DNA of 64,000 nt from NCBI RefSeq assembly GCF_038025025.1, contig NW_027117338.1:248001-312000 (forward strand), given 5' to 3'. The translations under genes were made by a program, and so were the position numbers. This DNA comes from Phyllosticta citribraziliensis (lineage: Eukaryota). Below the pieces are notes generated by a model. That model did not search any database and was not told the origin of the DNA. It saw nothing but the letters and a program-made list of their open reading frames with translations. Positions 10,412 through 23,341 of this stretch are shown piece after piece. How positions within the stretch are numbered: the stretch's first letter is position 1; each line of letters opens with the position of its first letter.

Positions 10412-13140
10412 ATGCCTTCGCAAATCTCCAACGGCCCGTTCTTGGGACTGCGCCCAGACCCCGATTGCGGCAGGCAAGACGCCAACGGCCACACCAATGG
10501 TTATTCCAATGGCGTGAACGGAGCAGCTGCTACCAACGGCCACAAACCGGACACGCCGTTTGCGTCGTTGCGATCGGGCCCGACGACCCCCAATGGCTCG
10601 CAGTCAGCCAGCTGGGCTTCCCTGAACGGCCTTGGGAAAGCTCTCAACGGGCACGCAGACAAGACCAACGGAGCGCCCAATGGCGACGAATTTCTCCGCC
10701 TCGACACGCCCAAGCAGGACGTGCTCGTTCTCCACGGACCGCGCCAAAAGTACTCGCTCGAGCGGACCAAGGACATCCCCCCACTCAAGAGCGATGACGA
10801 GATCCTCATCCAAGTCCTCGCAATTGGACTCAACCCTGTCGACTGGAAGGGCCCGGACTACGGCTTTGGCCAGCCGTCGTACCCCTGGGTCAACGGGAGG
10901 GACTTTGCCGGCATCGTCGTCCGGCCGCCGCGCAAGTCGAGTCGCATTCAGAGCGGCGACGTCGTTTTTGGACCTTCGACCGACTACCGAGACGTGCGCA
11001 AAGCAGCCTATCAGGAGTATGTGGTGACGACGGATTCGAACGTTGCGCGGATCCCCAAGGGCTACAGCGTCAAGCATGGAGCCGCGCTGGGCGTCGCATT
11101 CGTTGCCGCTGCCATAGGGCTCGGTTCCTCGTTTGGATTGGATTTTGGCGATTTGGGCGCTGATGTGCCTTCTGGGCCAAATCTGCATGCTCTGTCGCGC
11201 GCTGTGGAGCGCAGTAAGATTCCCGAAGACATTCGCACCGAGGTGTTTGATAGCTTGCCATCCCACGAAAGGCCACAAAAAGGAGAATGGGTAGTTATTT
11301 GGGGAGGTTTGTCACCACTATTTGGTAGCACTTGTACGGCCGCTAAATCATCACAGGGTCTTCGACAACTGGTATCATGGCGCTTCAACTCGCCAAATTG
11401 GCAGGGCTACGCGTCGTCTCCGTAGCAGACATCGCCAAAAACGGCAAAAAGCTGCTGGACTTCGGCGCCGACATGCTCGTCGATCGATTCGACCAAAAGA
11501 GAGCGGCAGAAGTAATCCGCAGCATTACCGGAGACCAGCTGCGTTTCGCCATAGATGTGACTGGCCGAGAGTCCGCTGCAATCCTGCAAGACATTCTGGT
11601 CAAGTCGAAGAGTAGCCTGCGCCGTCATTTGCTCGGCTACACTGGCTTGCCTAAGCTCAAGAGCGCAGAGGTGCAGCAACACTTGGTCCCTATCAAACTG
11701 TTCCACAATGTGCCCGTCATCGGCGACTCCTTGATGGAATGGCTGGAGGACCTGTTGGCTTCCCAGTCGCTCAAACTGCCCGAGATAGAGGTCGCCGATG
11801 GTGGTCTCGCCGGAATCAACGCTGCCTTGGATAAAATGAGAAACGGTTTGGTCAGTGGAAAGCGAATAGTCGTTCCCGTCTCACGACCAGGCTCAGAGAA
11901 TGGCCACTCGACCCACCCCGCGACAAATGGCATCCCACCTGCTGTTGAGAATTCTTCTGATGAGTTTGCCTACGCAGACCAGCTCAATTCAGATCCGGAT
12001 CGGGTCAAGTTTGCTTACTGGGTCCCAAATGTTTCGGGTGGCCTTGTGGTTTCCAAGATTCCCCAAAGGACCGGCTGGGATCTCAAGTCCAATGAGCGAT
12101 ATGCACGTACGGCGGAACGCGTGGGTCTGGAGTACGGGCTCATGCAGATTCGCTTCATGGCCGGCTACCTTGCTGAGAATCAATTCGAGTCCGTCAGCTT
12201 CAGCCAGGCTCTGCTACACAGCACATCGCGCATCCGCATGATTGCAGCGCTGCTACCTGGTCCTTGGCAACCAGCACTTGCCGCCAAACAGATTGCCAGC
12301 ATCGATCACTACTGCGAAGGTCGCATCGACGTAAACGTCGTTTCGGGATGGTTCAAGGCCGAGATGCAGTCCATCGGGCACTGGTGGCTTGACCATTCTG
12401 AACGCTACCGTCGTTCTCGTGAGTTTATCGAATGCCTGCGTGGTGCATGGACACAGGAAAATTTCACCTATCGTGGAAACTTCTACCAGTTCAACGACTG
12501 GACGCTCAAGCCGAAGCCGCTGTCACTGCCTGGACGCCCTCATCCAGTCATTTTCCAGGGCGGCAACAGCAACGACGCTCGGGAGAACGGGGGCGCGGTT
12601 TCGGATGTTTACTTTATGAATGGCAACACACTCGAGGGCCTCATGGACCAGATCGCGGATGTAAGGGAGAGGGCGAAGAAGTACGGACGCGAGGGCCAGG
12701 TTAGGTTCGCGCTCAACGGCTTCGTCATCTGCCGCGACACGGAAGAGGAGGCCGTCCAAGTGCTGCGCGAGATCCAAGGCAAAGCGGACGTTGACGCGAT
12801 CGAAGCCTTCCGGGAGCAAGTCCAAAATGCTGGCGCCAGCACATCCAACAAGACCGGGATGTGGGCCGGGAGCGAATTCAACGACCTGGTGCAATATAAC
12901 GATGGCTTCAAGACCAAACTGATTGGCACTGCACAGCAAATCGCCGACCGGATAGTGATGCTCAAGAGCCTAGGCATCGACATCATCTTGACGGCCTTTT
13001 TGCACTATGATGACGAGATCCAGCTGTTTGGCGAAAAGGTGATACCGTTGGTGCGGCAGCTGGAGAGACAGGGCAGAGGAAAGGACAGAGATTTTGAGAT
13101 TCGCCTGACTGGAGATGTGTACAAGCAGGGGAAAAAATGA
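10412..13140 (+). CDS. Fusion of an N-terminal non-zinc MDR (enoyl-reductase/quinone-reductase-like) domain and a C-terminal luciferase-like flavin monooxygenase of the SfnG (dimethylsulfone monooxygenase) type. Intron 11307-11356; 892 aa, or 931 aa from ATG 10295
   Basis: MDR motifs AIGLNPVDWK..PWVNGRDFAGIV. Splicing restores the Rossmann motif VIWGGSSTTGIMALQLAKLAG. The frame continues without a stop into KFAYWVPNVSGGLVVSKIPQRT...QIRFMAGY.AENQFESVSFS...LPGPWQPALAAKQIASID...VNVVSGWF...DLVQYNDGFKTKLIGT, the SfnG signature (from about 12001). Confidence 0.9.
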
Positions 13141-13647
13141 CGGAGCGCCATTGTCGCGAGGTGATCGTGAGCGGCGATGGCGCATGGGTGGTGACCAAGT
13201 TCTGGAAGCGCTTTGTCCGCGTCTTGTTTGGATGCTTGTGAAGGTTGAAAATGCTGCGCTGGCTTGCTGCTTTTCTGCTGGTGTCGATAGGCTGGTGATG
13301 AGTGTTGATGAATGCGATGAGTCGAATCTCGCCAATGACTACAGTACTGTGAGAGTGCTTCATGATTGTGTGGCCAACGGTGGTGGACCAGGTGGTGGTT
13401 TTGGATTTGCCTGAGGCGACGCCAAGAGGCGAGCGCAAGCGAGTTCCGAATTTGGCGCTAGCGGGCAATCGCTTTCTTCAGCTTCGGTTTCCTCTTGTCG
13501 CGCAACGTCTTTCTCACCACCACCGACACTCCTTTCGCCCGATCGCAAAGCTCCCTCAGCTCTGAGATTCTGCCCTCGGTCGACACTCTCCCCTCTCGCG
13601 ACAAGCACCCCACTGCTTTTGTATCTCAGCAAGGGCATTCGTGTGCA

Positions 13648-15515
13648 ATGGCGGCTCAACCGGACATTTCGCAGATTCTCGCTGCGTTAGGTGCGATGAT
13701 CCGCCAGCCCAGCCTCACTTTTTCCAGAAAGCTGACATGCAGACCAGCGGCTACCAATCGAACTGGAAACACTCCATCGCAGACGCCTTCTCAACCGCCT
13801 CCTCAGCAGCAACCGCCGCCGAGTCTACCCCAGGGCTACCCGCCTGCCTACGTGCCCACCCCGCCCGCTGGCGTCCCCGCTTACGGACTGCCGCAACCCA
13901 CAAACTCTGGTAGCGTTGATTTGAGCTCCATCAAGCCTGTAAGCACCGGCTCAGTCAACTTCTCAGATGTCCTTGCGAGGGCACGCAACATTGCGACTGA
14001 GAAAGGACTGCAGCCCTTCAACGGCGGCAGGTCTAGCACCGGTAAGACTATCAAGCTCCTGCGCGTTGATTTCCAGCTGACCATGACCAGGTCCTCCTCG
14101 CGATGATCCCAGACTAGCAGGCCGACCCTATCGTCACTCGCGTTCGCGTTCGCGCTCTCCTCCTCGTCGCGACGCGTACCGCGACAACTACAACCCCTAC
14201 CGCGATGAGCGACGCGACGACCCGCGCAGATCCGGATCCGGATTCGTGCGGGACAGATCACGGTCACCTCCGGCTCGAGGCCGCGACACCTTTTCTCCCC
14301 AACGCAACTATGGCGGCAGGGACCGCTCGCCGCCCGACAGCGAAACCATCACCATCGAGTCGTCGCTCGTCGGCCTCGTGATTGGAAGGCAGGGTGAGAA
14401 CCTTCGCCGAATCGAGCAGGACACTGGCACGAGGATTCAATTCATCACTGGCCCAGAAGCGGGCGGACCGCAACGCCAGTGCAGAATTTCCGGAGCCCCC
14501 CGCGCTCGCATCGACGCAAAGCGGGAGATCTTCCGCATCATCGACGAGAATGGTGGCCAGGTTTCGCGAGACGCTCAAAGAGGCGGCAGCAGAGGACCCA
14601 AGGCTCAAGCTGCCCTCATGCATTCTGGAGAAAATAGCGTGCAGATCATGGTCCCGGACAGGACTGTCGGCCTCATCATCGGACGCCAAGGAGAAACGAT
14701 CCGCGACCTCCAGGACAAGAGCGGCTGCCACGTCAACATTGTTGGAGAAAACAAGAGCGTGAATGGCTTGAGACCAGTCAACCTCATCGGCAGCAGAGAA
14801 GCCGCCGCCAGAGCCAAGGAACTAATCCTCGAGATTGTGGACAGCGACACTCGCGCAGGCCCTCCTGCAAAGGAGAACAACCGTCCTGCGCAGCTTGACG
14901 TGGCAGGCCCTGGAAAGATCAATGACACCATCATGGTCCCGTCGGAGGCAGTGGGCATGATTATTGGAAAAGGTAAGCCTCCAATGCTGTCGTTCAGGTT
15001 CATTGCTCACACGCGCAGGTGGGGAAACAATCAAGGAGATGCAAAACTCCACAGGCTGTAAGATCAACGTCTCTCAGGCGTCTGGAGCCGACATTGAGCG
15101 TGAGATTGGTCTGGTTGGCACGCGCCAGTCGATTGAAGACGCCAAGCAGGCCATCTGGGAAAAGGTTGACACAGTGGTCAGTGACCCCGACTCCCATTCT
15201 TATTGACAACACTCTGACCGTGGACAGCGTGAAAAGAACGGCGGAGGCGGTAATAGGGGCCGTGGCCGTGACAACGATCCGTATAGTGACCGCTACTCAC
15301 AACCCCAGCAACAACCGTCGTATGCCCAACAGCCGGCGGCAGGAATGCCACCGCAGCAGCCCGCAGCCGCGGGACCGGGCGACGGTGCTGCCGCTGCAGG
15401 TGCTGACCCATATGCTATGTATGGCGGGTACCAAAACTACATGGCCATGTGGTATGCTGCGATTGCGCAACAACAACAAGGACAGACGCCAGGCCAGCAA
15501 CCTCCAGGAGCATAG
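13648..15515 (+). CDS. Three-KH-domain RNA-binding protein (FUBP/KSRP-like) with an RS/RD-rich region. Introns 13691-13747, 14042-14090, 14972-15018, 15177-15227
   Basis: KH GxxG loops VGLVIGRQGE, VGLIIGRQGE and VGMIIGKGGE; RSRSRSPP tract; C-terminal DPYAMYGGYQNYMAMWY. Confidence 0.88.
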
Positions 15516-16492
15516 ACGGCAGAGCGTGACGTCGTGATACCGTGACACCGATGCTTAGAGGACCGAACAACAGTGCATCTGGCACTCGACTATTGCTTGC
15601 ACACGTGCTTGACGATGGCTGATGGTCTCATGCTGCATACGTATGGCTTGCTCTCCGGATTCCGCCTCGACTTCGGATGCTCTGATTCTCACTCTGACAT
15701 GGTACCGTCGGCGCCGCCTAAAGCTTGCACGACCGAGTTTTGCATCTCATGCTTGATCTGATCGTCCTTCTGGATCGACGACTTGAACTGCTATGGCTAT
15801 GCGATGATGGCGATGCTACTCTCTTGATGCGCCCGAACGTCTGGTATCAAGCCCTCTGGTTCTCTCTTCTCTCGCCTACCAAAGACTGGGCAGCAAGCAT
15901 GCACCCGAGCACGAGCGGGTTTAAGCGTAATGACAAGGCCGGCGGGTATAGTGGATGCAACATGGCCCGTCTTGTCCTCCTCGGAATTCGAAAACAAAAA
16001 AAGCTACCTCTCCGACATGGTTCCACACCACGTAGTAATTGGCACCCGACACTCGTATAAAGAATTGAATACAAAAAAGCAGCCGGCATGGTCGGCGGCG
16101 GCAGCAGCCATTCCCGGCTGCTTTGACTTCATCTACTTCCCCTGGCTCCCTTGGAAACGTGGCAGACTGGCAACTGTTGATTCGTCGTTCTGGCTCGACG
16201 CGATGCTGGATGGCCGGCAGGGCAAGGTGTCGCTGGTGGTCATTGGTTGGGGCAGGTGGTTTAACCTTTGAGCTTTGGCAACGAGTGGTCAGTGGAACTG
16301 GTCTTTTCTGTACTGCTGGAGTCGGCTTCTTTCGTGTGCGGTCTTCTTTTCGTAGCTTACAAAATGGAGTTGATGACTTCTCTCACTTGTTTGACCCAGG
16401 GTGAGCCGGCTCGCGCGCTATGGCTAGCGGACAAGCATGGCGAGGGCACATCAGGGACAGACAGGACCCTTTTGGTCGACTAGGACAGCCAG

Positions 16493-16848
16493 TGATAATG
16501 TAGCCAAGACGCTGCTGACAGCTTGGACTCACGTGGGCCGGCGGCATGTGCACGAAAGCGTCAAGGATTGGCATGCCCCGCCCTGTCGGGCCTCGCCGCT
16601 CAGCGCCTCGATACATCGACGAGCTGCAACCATTGCACGTAAAAGACGAACAACCTCTTGATAAGACCTGCCTGGCGTTAAGCGACTTCTCACGCCTCCA
16701 GGTCTTTTCCTTCTCCGTTTCTTTCCTTTACTCACCTTCTTCTCCTGTGCCTTTTCCCTTTCTTTCCTACTTACCTTCCTCTTCTGCTACTAGGTCGCCT
16801 CTCATATCCCACCACATTCCCGCCACCCGGTAGCTAGACTTGCGATAA
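16493..16848. promoter_or_regulatory. Putative UaY-type site and AreA-type GATA sites in the xanthine dehydrogenase promoter
   Basis: TCGG-N6-CCGC at 16586-16599; HGATAA at 16493, 16659 and 16843. Confidence 0.5.
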
Positions 16849-16909
16849 TACTACTTTTTCCCTCTCTTGCCTTGTTCCTTCAGCTCCCATTTCCTTTCCC
16901 GCATTCGCC

Positions 16910-19900
16910 ATGGCTCCGGGCCTGGTTGACCCCGCCGTACCCGCGGCCAGCATAGGCGCCCTCGCCTCTTTAACAACAGAATACGATGACACGCTGCGCT
17001 TCTACTTGAACGGCACCAAGATAGTCCTGGACGACGCCGACCCCGAAGTCACCCTCCTGGAATACCTGCGCGGAATCGGCTTGACTGGGACGAAGCTTGG
17101 GTGTGCAGAAGGAGGCTGCGGCGCGTGCACCGTCGTCGTCTCGCAATACAACCCGACGACCAAGAAGATCTACCATGCCAGCGTGAATGCGTGTCTGGCG
17201 CCGCTCGTCAGCGTCGACGGCAAGCACGTGATAACCGTGGAGGGAATTGGGGATGTAAACGGCCCGCATCCGACGCAGGAGCGCATCGCGAAGATGAATG
17301 GAAGCCAGTGCGGGTTTTGCACGCCGGGGATTGTCATGGTCAGTTTTCTTGCTTCTGCGGCCTGCATGCCGAAACCAGATTCTAATTTTCGCAGAGCTTG
17401 TATGCGCTCTTGAGGAATAACCCCGAACCGTCCGAACACGATGTCGAAGAGGCGTTTGACGGCAACCTATGCCGTTGCACAGGCTACAGGCCAATTCTGG
17501 ACGCGGCGCAAAGTTTCAGCGTCAAAGGAGGTGGCTGCGGAAAAGCAACGGCCAACGGAGGCTCAGGATGCTGCATGGAGAAAACAAACGGGGCTGGCGG
17601 GTGTTGCAAGAATGGCGCGGCGGCAGAAAATGGAGACAGCCAACCCATCAAACGATTCACGCCGCCCGGATTCATTGAGTACCATCCGGACACTCAACTC
17701 ATCTTTCCTTCGGCACTGCGCAAGCACCAATTCAGACCACTGGCATTTGGAAACAAGAGGAAACGATGGTTCAGGCCAGTCACGCTGCAGCAGCTTCTCG
17801 AGATCAAGAGCGCTTATCCGTCGGCTAAAATCATTGGAGGAAGCACCGAGACGCAGATTGAGGTCAAGTTTAAGAATATGCAGTATACCTCGTCTGTGTT
17901 TGTAGGAGACATACCCGAGTTGCGACAATATTCGTTCAACGATGACCACATCGAAATCGGAGGAAACGTCGTATTGACCGATCTGGAAGACATTGCGAAG
18001 GAGGCGGTCGAGCATTACGGCGAGGTGAAGGGCCAACCGTTTGCCGCAATTCTCAAGCAATTGAGATACTTTGCCGGAAGGCAAATACGCAACGTGGGAA
18101 CGCCGGCCGGCAATCTGGCAACAGCCTCCCCCATTTCTGACCTGAATCCCGTCTTTGTTGCCGCCAACGCCACGCTTGTCGCAAAGAGCCTGGAGAAGAT
18201 TACGGAGATCCCAATGACCGAGTTCTTCAAGGGCTACAGAGTGACGGCGTTGCCTGCTGATGCCATTATTGCGAGTATCCGGATACCCGTGGCCAAGGAG
18301 ACGGGAGAATACATGCGCGCGTACAAGCAGGCAAAGAGAAAGGACGACGACATTGCTATTGTCAATGCCGCCTTGCGTGTATCGCTGAGTGATGCGCACA
18401 CTGTTGACGAGATCAACTTGATTTACGGCGGCATGGCACCCACTACAATTGCCGCTAAAAGGGCCGAGCAATATCTCCTCGGAAAGAAATGGACAGATCC
18501 TCAGACACTCGAGGGTGCTTTCGGTGCCCTCGAAGAAGACTTTGATCTGCGCTTTGGGGTTCCCGGCGGCATGGCTACTTACCGCAAATCGCTTGCATTC
18601 GGCTTCTTTTACAAATTCTACCACGAGACGTTGGCAAAAATCAGTGCAGAGGAAGAGGCCAGCGTCGATCATCAGGCTATTGGAGAGATTGAGAGGGAGA
18701 TATCGTCTGGACACAAGGACCACGACGCTTCCATCGCGTACGAACAGCAGGTGCTGGGCAAGGGGCGTCCACACGTTGCTGCCATGAAGCAAGTCACTGG
18801 TCAAGCCCAGTACACCGACGACATTCCCCTGCAGAAGAACGAGCTCTACGGATGCATGGTCCTCTCCACCAAGGCCCACGCCAAGTTGCTGAGCGTCGAC
18901 CCCTCCGCCGCGCTGGACATGCCCGGCGTCGTCGACTGGGTCGACCACACAGACCTGCCCAACCCCCAGGCCAACTGGTGGGGAGCTCCAGTTTGCGACG
19001 AAGTCTTTTTCGCCGTCGACAAGGTCTTCACCGCCGGCCAGCCCATTGGGCTCATCGTCGCAGACTCGGCGAAGCGGGCAGAAGCCGGCGCCAGAGCCGT
19101 CAAAGTCGAGTACGAAGAGTTGCCCGCCATCTTCACCATCGAGGAGGCCATTGAACAGCAGAGCTTCATGGACCACTTCCGTTACATCAAGAAGGGCGAT
19201 ACCGAGGAAGCGTTCAAGAGCTGTGACCATGTTTTTGAAGGAGTCGCCAGGATGGGTGGGCAGGAGCACTTTTATTTGGAGACCCATGCTTGCGTCGTCA
19301 TTCCTAAGCATGAGGATGGTGAGATGGAGGTCTGGAGTAGCACGCAGAATCCCACTGAGACGCAATCGTACGTCGCCCAAGTTACGGGCGTCCAAGCGAA
19401 CAAGATTGTGTCGAGGGTCAAGCGGATGGGTGAGTCCTGTCTCCAAAGATTTTTCTAGGAGAGAATTAAGTTGCTAATGAACGCAGGCGGTGGTTTCGGA
19501 GGAAAAGAAACTAGGTCGATACAGCTTGCTGGCATTCTTGCCGTCGCTGCGAAAAAGGCAAAGCGTCCTGTTCGCTGTATGCTCAACCGGGACGAGGATA
19601 TTCAGACCACAGGAGCTCGCCATCCCTTCCTTGGTGTGTGGAAGGTGGGAGTCAATAAAGATGGCAAGATTCAGGCACTCGACGTGGACATTTTCAACAA
19701 CGCCGGATGGACGCAGGACCTCAGTGGCGCCGTCATTGACAGGGCGTGTACGCACGCCGATGGAGTCTACAAGATTCCCAATGTCCACGTCAGGGGCAGA
19801 GTATGCCGGACAAACACCGTCTCGAACACGGCGTTTCGTGGGTTTGGCGGTCCTCAAGGCATGTTCATTGCAGAGAGCTACATGGAGGAGGTTGCGGACC

Positions 19901-21105
19901 ACCTCGGCATGCCCGTCGATGAGTTCCGCCGCATCAACATGTATCAACCTGGTGACATGACGCATTTCAACCAGGAACTCAAGGACTACTATGTGCCGCT
20001 CATGTACCAGCAGGTCAAGGACGAGGCAGAGTATGAGCGCAGGCGTAAAGAGGTGGACGAATTCAACGCGACGCACAAGTGGAACAAGCGTGGCCTTTCC
20101 ATCATCCCCACCAAATTTGGCATCTCCTTTACTGCCCTCTTCCTCAACCAGGCTGGTGCTCTGGTCCACATCTACCACGACGGATCTGTTCTTCTCGCTC
20201 ACGGTGGAACAGAAATGGGCCAAGGACTGCACACTAAGATGATCATGATTGCGGCCGAGGCGCTCAAGGTGCCAGCAGAAGACATTCTCATCTCCGAGAC
20301 AGCCACGAATACTGTCGCAAACACCAGCTCCACCGCCGCCTCGGCCTCTTCGGACCTCAACGGGTACGCCATTTGGAACGCGTGCGCGCAGCTCAACGAG
20401 CGCCTTGCGCCGTACCGCGAGAAACTAGGGCCCACCGCGACCATGAAGGAGATTGCGCACGCCGCGTACTTTGACCGAGTCAACCTCTCTGCCAACGGCT
20501 TCTACAAGACGCCCGACATCGGGTACACGTGGGGCGAGAACAAGGGAATGCCGTACTTCTACTTCACGCAAGGCGTGACGATGGCCGAGGTAGAAATCGA
20601 CACGCTGACGGGCGACTGGACGTGCCGACGCGCCGACATCAAGATGGACGTGGGGCGCAGCATCAACCCAGCCATCGACTACGGGCAGATCGAAGGCGCG
20701 TTCGTCCAAGGGCAGGGCCTCTTCACGACCGAGGAGATGCTGTGGCACCGCGCGTCCGGCTCCCTTTTCACCCGTGGCCCCGGCGCCTACAAGATCCCCG
20801 GCTTCCGCGACATCCCGCAGGTCTTCAACGTCAGCCTGCTCAAGGACGTCAATTGGGAGAATCTGCGCACCATCCAGCGCAGCCGCGGCGTCGGCGAGCC
20901 GCCGCTCTTCATGGGGTCGGCCGTCTTCTTTGCCATAAGAGACGCGCTCAAGGCGGCTCGCAAGCAGTGGGGCGTCGAGGATGTCTTGAATCTGAGAAGC
21001 CCGGCTACGGTGGAGCGCATTAGGGTTAGTTGCGCCGACCCCATCATTCGTCGCGCAATGGTGGAGCCGAGGGAAGGCGAGAAGAGCTTCTTCGTCAGTA
21101 TATAG
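16910..21105 (+). CDS. hxA: Xanthine dehydrogenase (2Fe-2S/FAD/Moco). Introns 17339-17394 and 19430-19486
   Basis: [90 protein letters not shown]. Confidence 0.97.
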
Positions 21106-22832
21106 GGCGGCTGTTGGTTGTCGTGGTGAGGCGTTGCATTCTGCTTTTTCCGGTCGAAAGTCGAAACATGTGCGATTTCTGGGGCCGTCTTGTAGGTGTG
21201 TAGGCGTCGTTGCCTTTTGGGAGCATTCATTCACCATTGCCACTGCGCTTGGGGAGCAGTCGTCCGCTAGTCCTGGGTTAAAAATAAAAATAAAGCAACG
21301 AATGAGAGAGCGCGAATGCTCTACTGGCATCTGATATTTCAAGCTTGGCCTCCGCTAGTACTGTCCCACAGCTTGCACTTATCAGGACCACCGTGACGTT
21401 TTGACGAATAATGCTCGACGGCGACAAGCAGCAGCGCGAAAAAGAAAGATAAGGCCTAGACATATCAACTTGGTCGGCTCCGGAGGCGCCTACAAATAGT
21501 CAGCGTCTCCCGCGCGCGCGCTTCGTCTTTGAGACAATGTGGACCAGCCGGCGCCGCTGATTGCCAACGTCTCTGCGCCACATGAAAGATGCGCACCCGA
21601 CCTCACCAGCCGCCCGCCCAATTCTATTCTTGTTGCTCGACCACCACCGCCTCGCATCTCGACAACTCCTCCTTCAGCCTGTGACGCACGTATTCCGTCG
21701 ACCAGCAAGTTTTGAAGCCGGCTTGCTTCTCGAGCCGTCCTTGACGCCATGTGGCGAGCCAACAAGTGGATGGAGGAGCAATACGAAGCTGTCCGGGGGA
21801 TCGCTCCGGACGTGTCGTGACGCTTGACGTCGGTCAACCGGTCCATCAGCGGGCGCACACACGTCATGCCGTGGGCGGCTCGTGTAAAGAAAGAGAGGGA
21901 ACGGTACGGATAATAACGCTGCGCACGTTATTAACGGCAGAGTTGACGGCAGAGGCAGCAGAGGGAGCAGCGGCGAGCTCGTATTTGCAACCAGCGAGGT
22001 GAGTGGCGATGGCGATGGTGCAAGGCGAAGCGACGAGAGGCCATGCGGGTAGCCGGCAATGTGGTAGCGAACGCCGCTGACAGCGAGCAGTCAGGACGTT
22101 CCATGCTGGTGTTGAGCACTGCCGCAACTAGGTCGGACAAGCGTGCGAGCCGGCCACTTTGTTGACCGCTGGATCGCGAAGAGACTACTCTGCAGAACGA
22201 CGTTACTCGGCAGCTCCCTCTCTCGACTGGCTATTCTCGACAACCGACCGACCGGCCGGCCTGCCACCAGACCATCACACCAGCCACTCGGCCTCGCTCG
22301 CCTCTATTTCATCCCCGAAAATAGAAACCAACCCACGGCAAGCCTAAATTCATTTCCCGCTACGTTATTGTACCTTACAGCGTGTCAGCGAGCCAACCGC
22401 ATGCGGGCGCGGCGGGCCGTCGCCCAGGAAGCCCGGCTCGAGGCGGAAGGGCTGTCAGACTGGCTAGTGGCTGGAGCGTTTTCGTATTGCAACGCTACAT
22501 GACAACCATTGCTGATCCAAGCGAGCCTGCAGACGGTAAACGTGCAGAAAAGAGGGAAGCTTGGGGGAAGGCCTGCCTCTCTCTCTTTCGTTCTCTCTGA
22601 CCTCAGGGGGCGGAGGTTCATCGTACCGACTGGCTGTGCTTCGACCATCCCATCCCTTCCACGTCCTATAAAGGCCGCCGTGCTGAACCCGTCTTTGTCC
22701 TTGCTACTGCACATCCATCCCTCTTCGACTCTGAAATCGTCTGAACGTCATTGCTTTAAGCATTTAACCTTAATCGATAATCTTATCACTCCACCTCCTT
22801 TCTCCGCAACTCCACCACCGCCAACAACAACA

Positions 22833-23341
22833 ATGCGTTTCCAATCCATCCTTGCCGCCGGCGCCTCTCTGCTCGGTCTCTCCGCCGCTCGCCTCGTCGG
22901 CGTCAAGGTCCCCTCCACCATCGCCCCCGGCGACTTGATCAACGTCAAGCTGGTCAGCGAAAACTACATCCAAAGCGTCTACGACGTGTCGGTAGCATTC
23001 GGCCTCGCACCCGACGCATCATACGGCTTCGCACTCGGCAGCGTCGCGGGAGCTCAATTCCTCGGTAAGACCAAACCCCCTATGTTCGGCCTCGTAAGTT
23101 CGAAATATTAACGTCACCAGGCCCCGGCAACTCAAACAAGCTCGAGGACATCCAGGTGCTCATCTCGCTGCCCAACGACGCGCCCACCGGCCAGCAGATC
23201 TTCGGCGCCGCCGTGACCAGCTTGTACGGCGCCAGCTCCAGCCCGGTCATTTCGAGCTTCAACGTCACCGTCACGGTTGGCGACAAGACGAGCGACGACT
23301 ACGTGCAGAGCGAGGGCTTCCAGTCTTTCTCGCCTTACTAA
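22833..23341 (+). CDS. NIS1: NIS1-like secreted effector, 150 aa; intron 23065-23120
   Basis: Signal peptide MRFQSILAAGASLLGLSAA; ARLVGVKVPSTIAPGD...ENYIQSVYDVSVAFG...LGPGNSN...SLYGASSSPVISSFNVTVTVGDKTS; TATAAA at about 22667. Confidence 0.88.

Noticed and set aside
17563..19446. 627-aa antisense ORF within xanthine dehydrogenase
   Set aside because: Codon-aligned shadow of a GC3-biased gene with no recognisable protein features.
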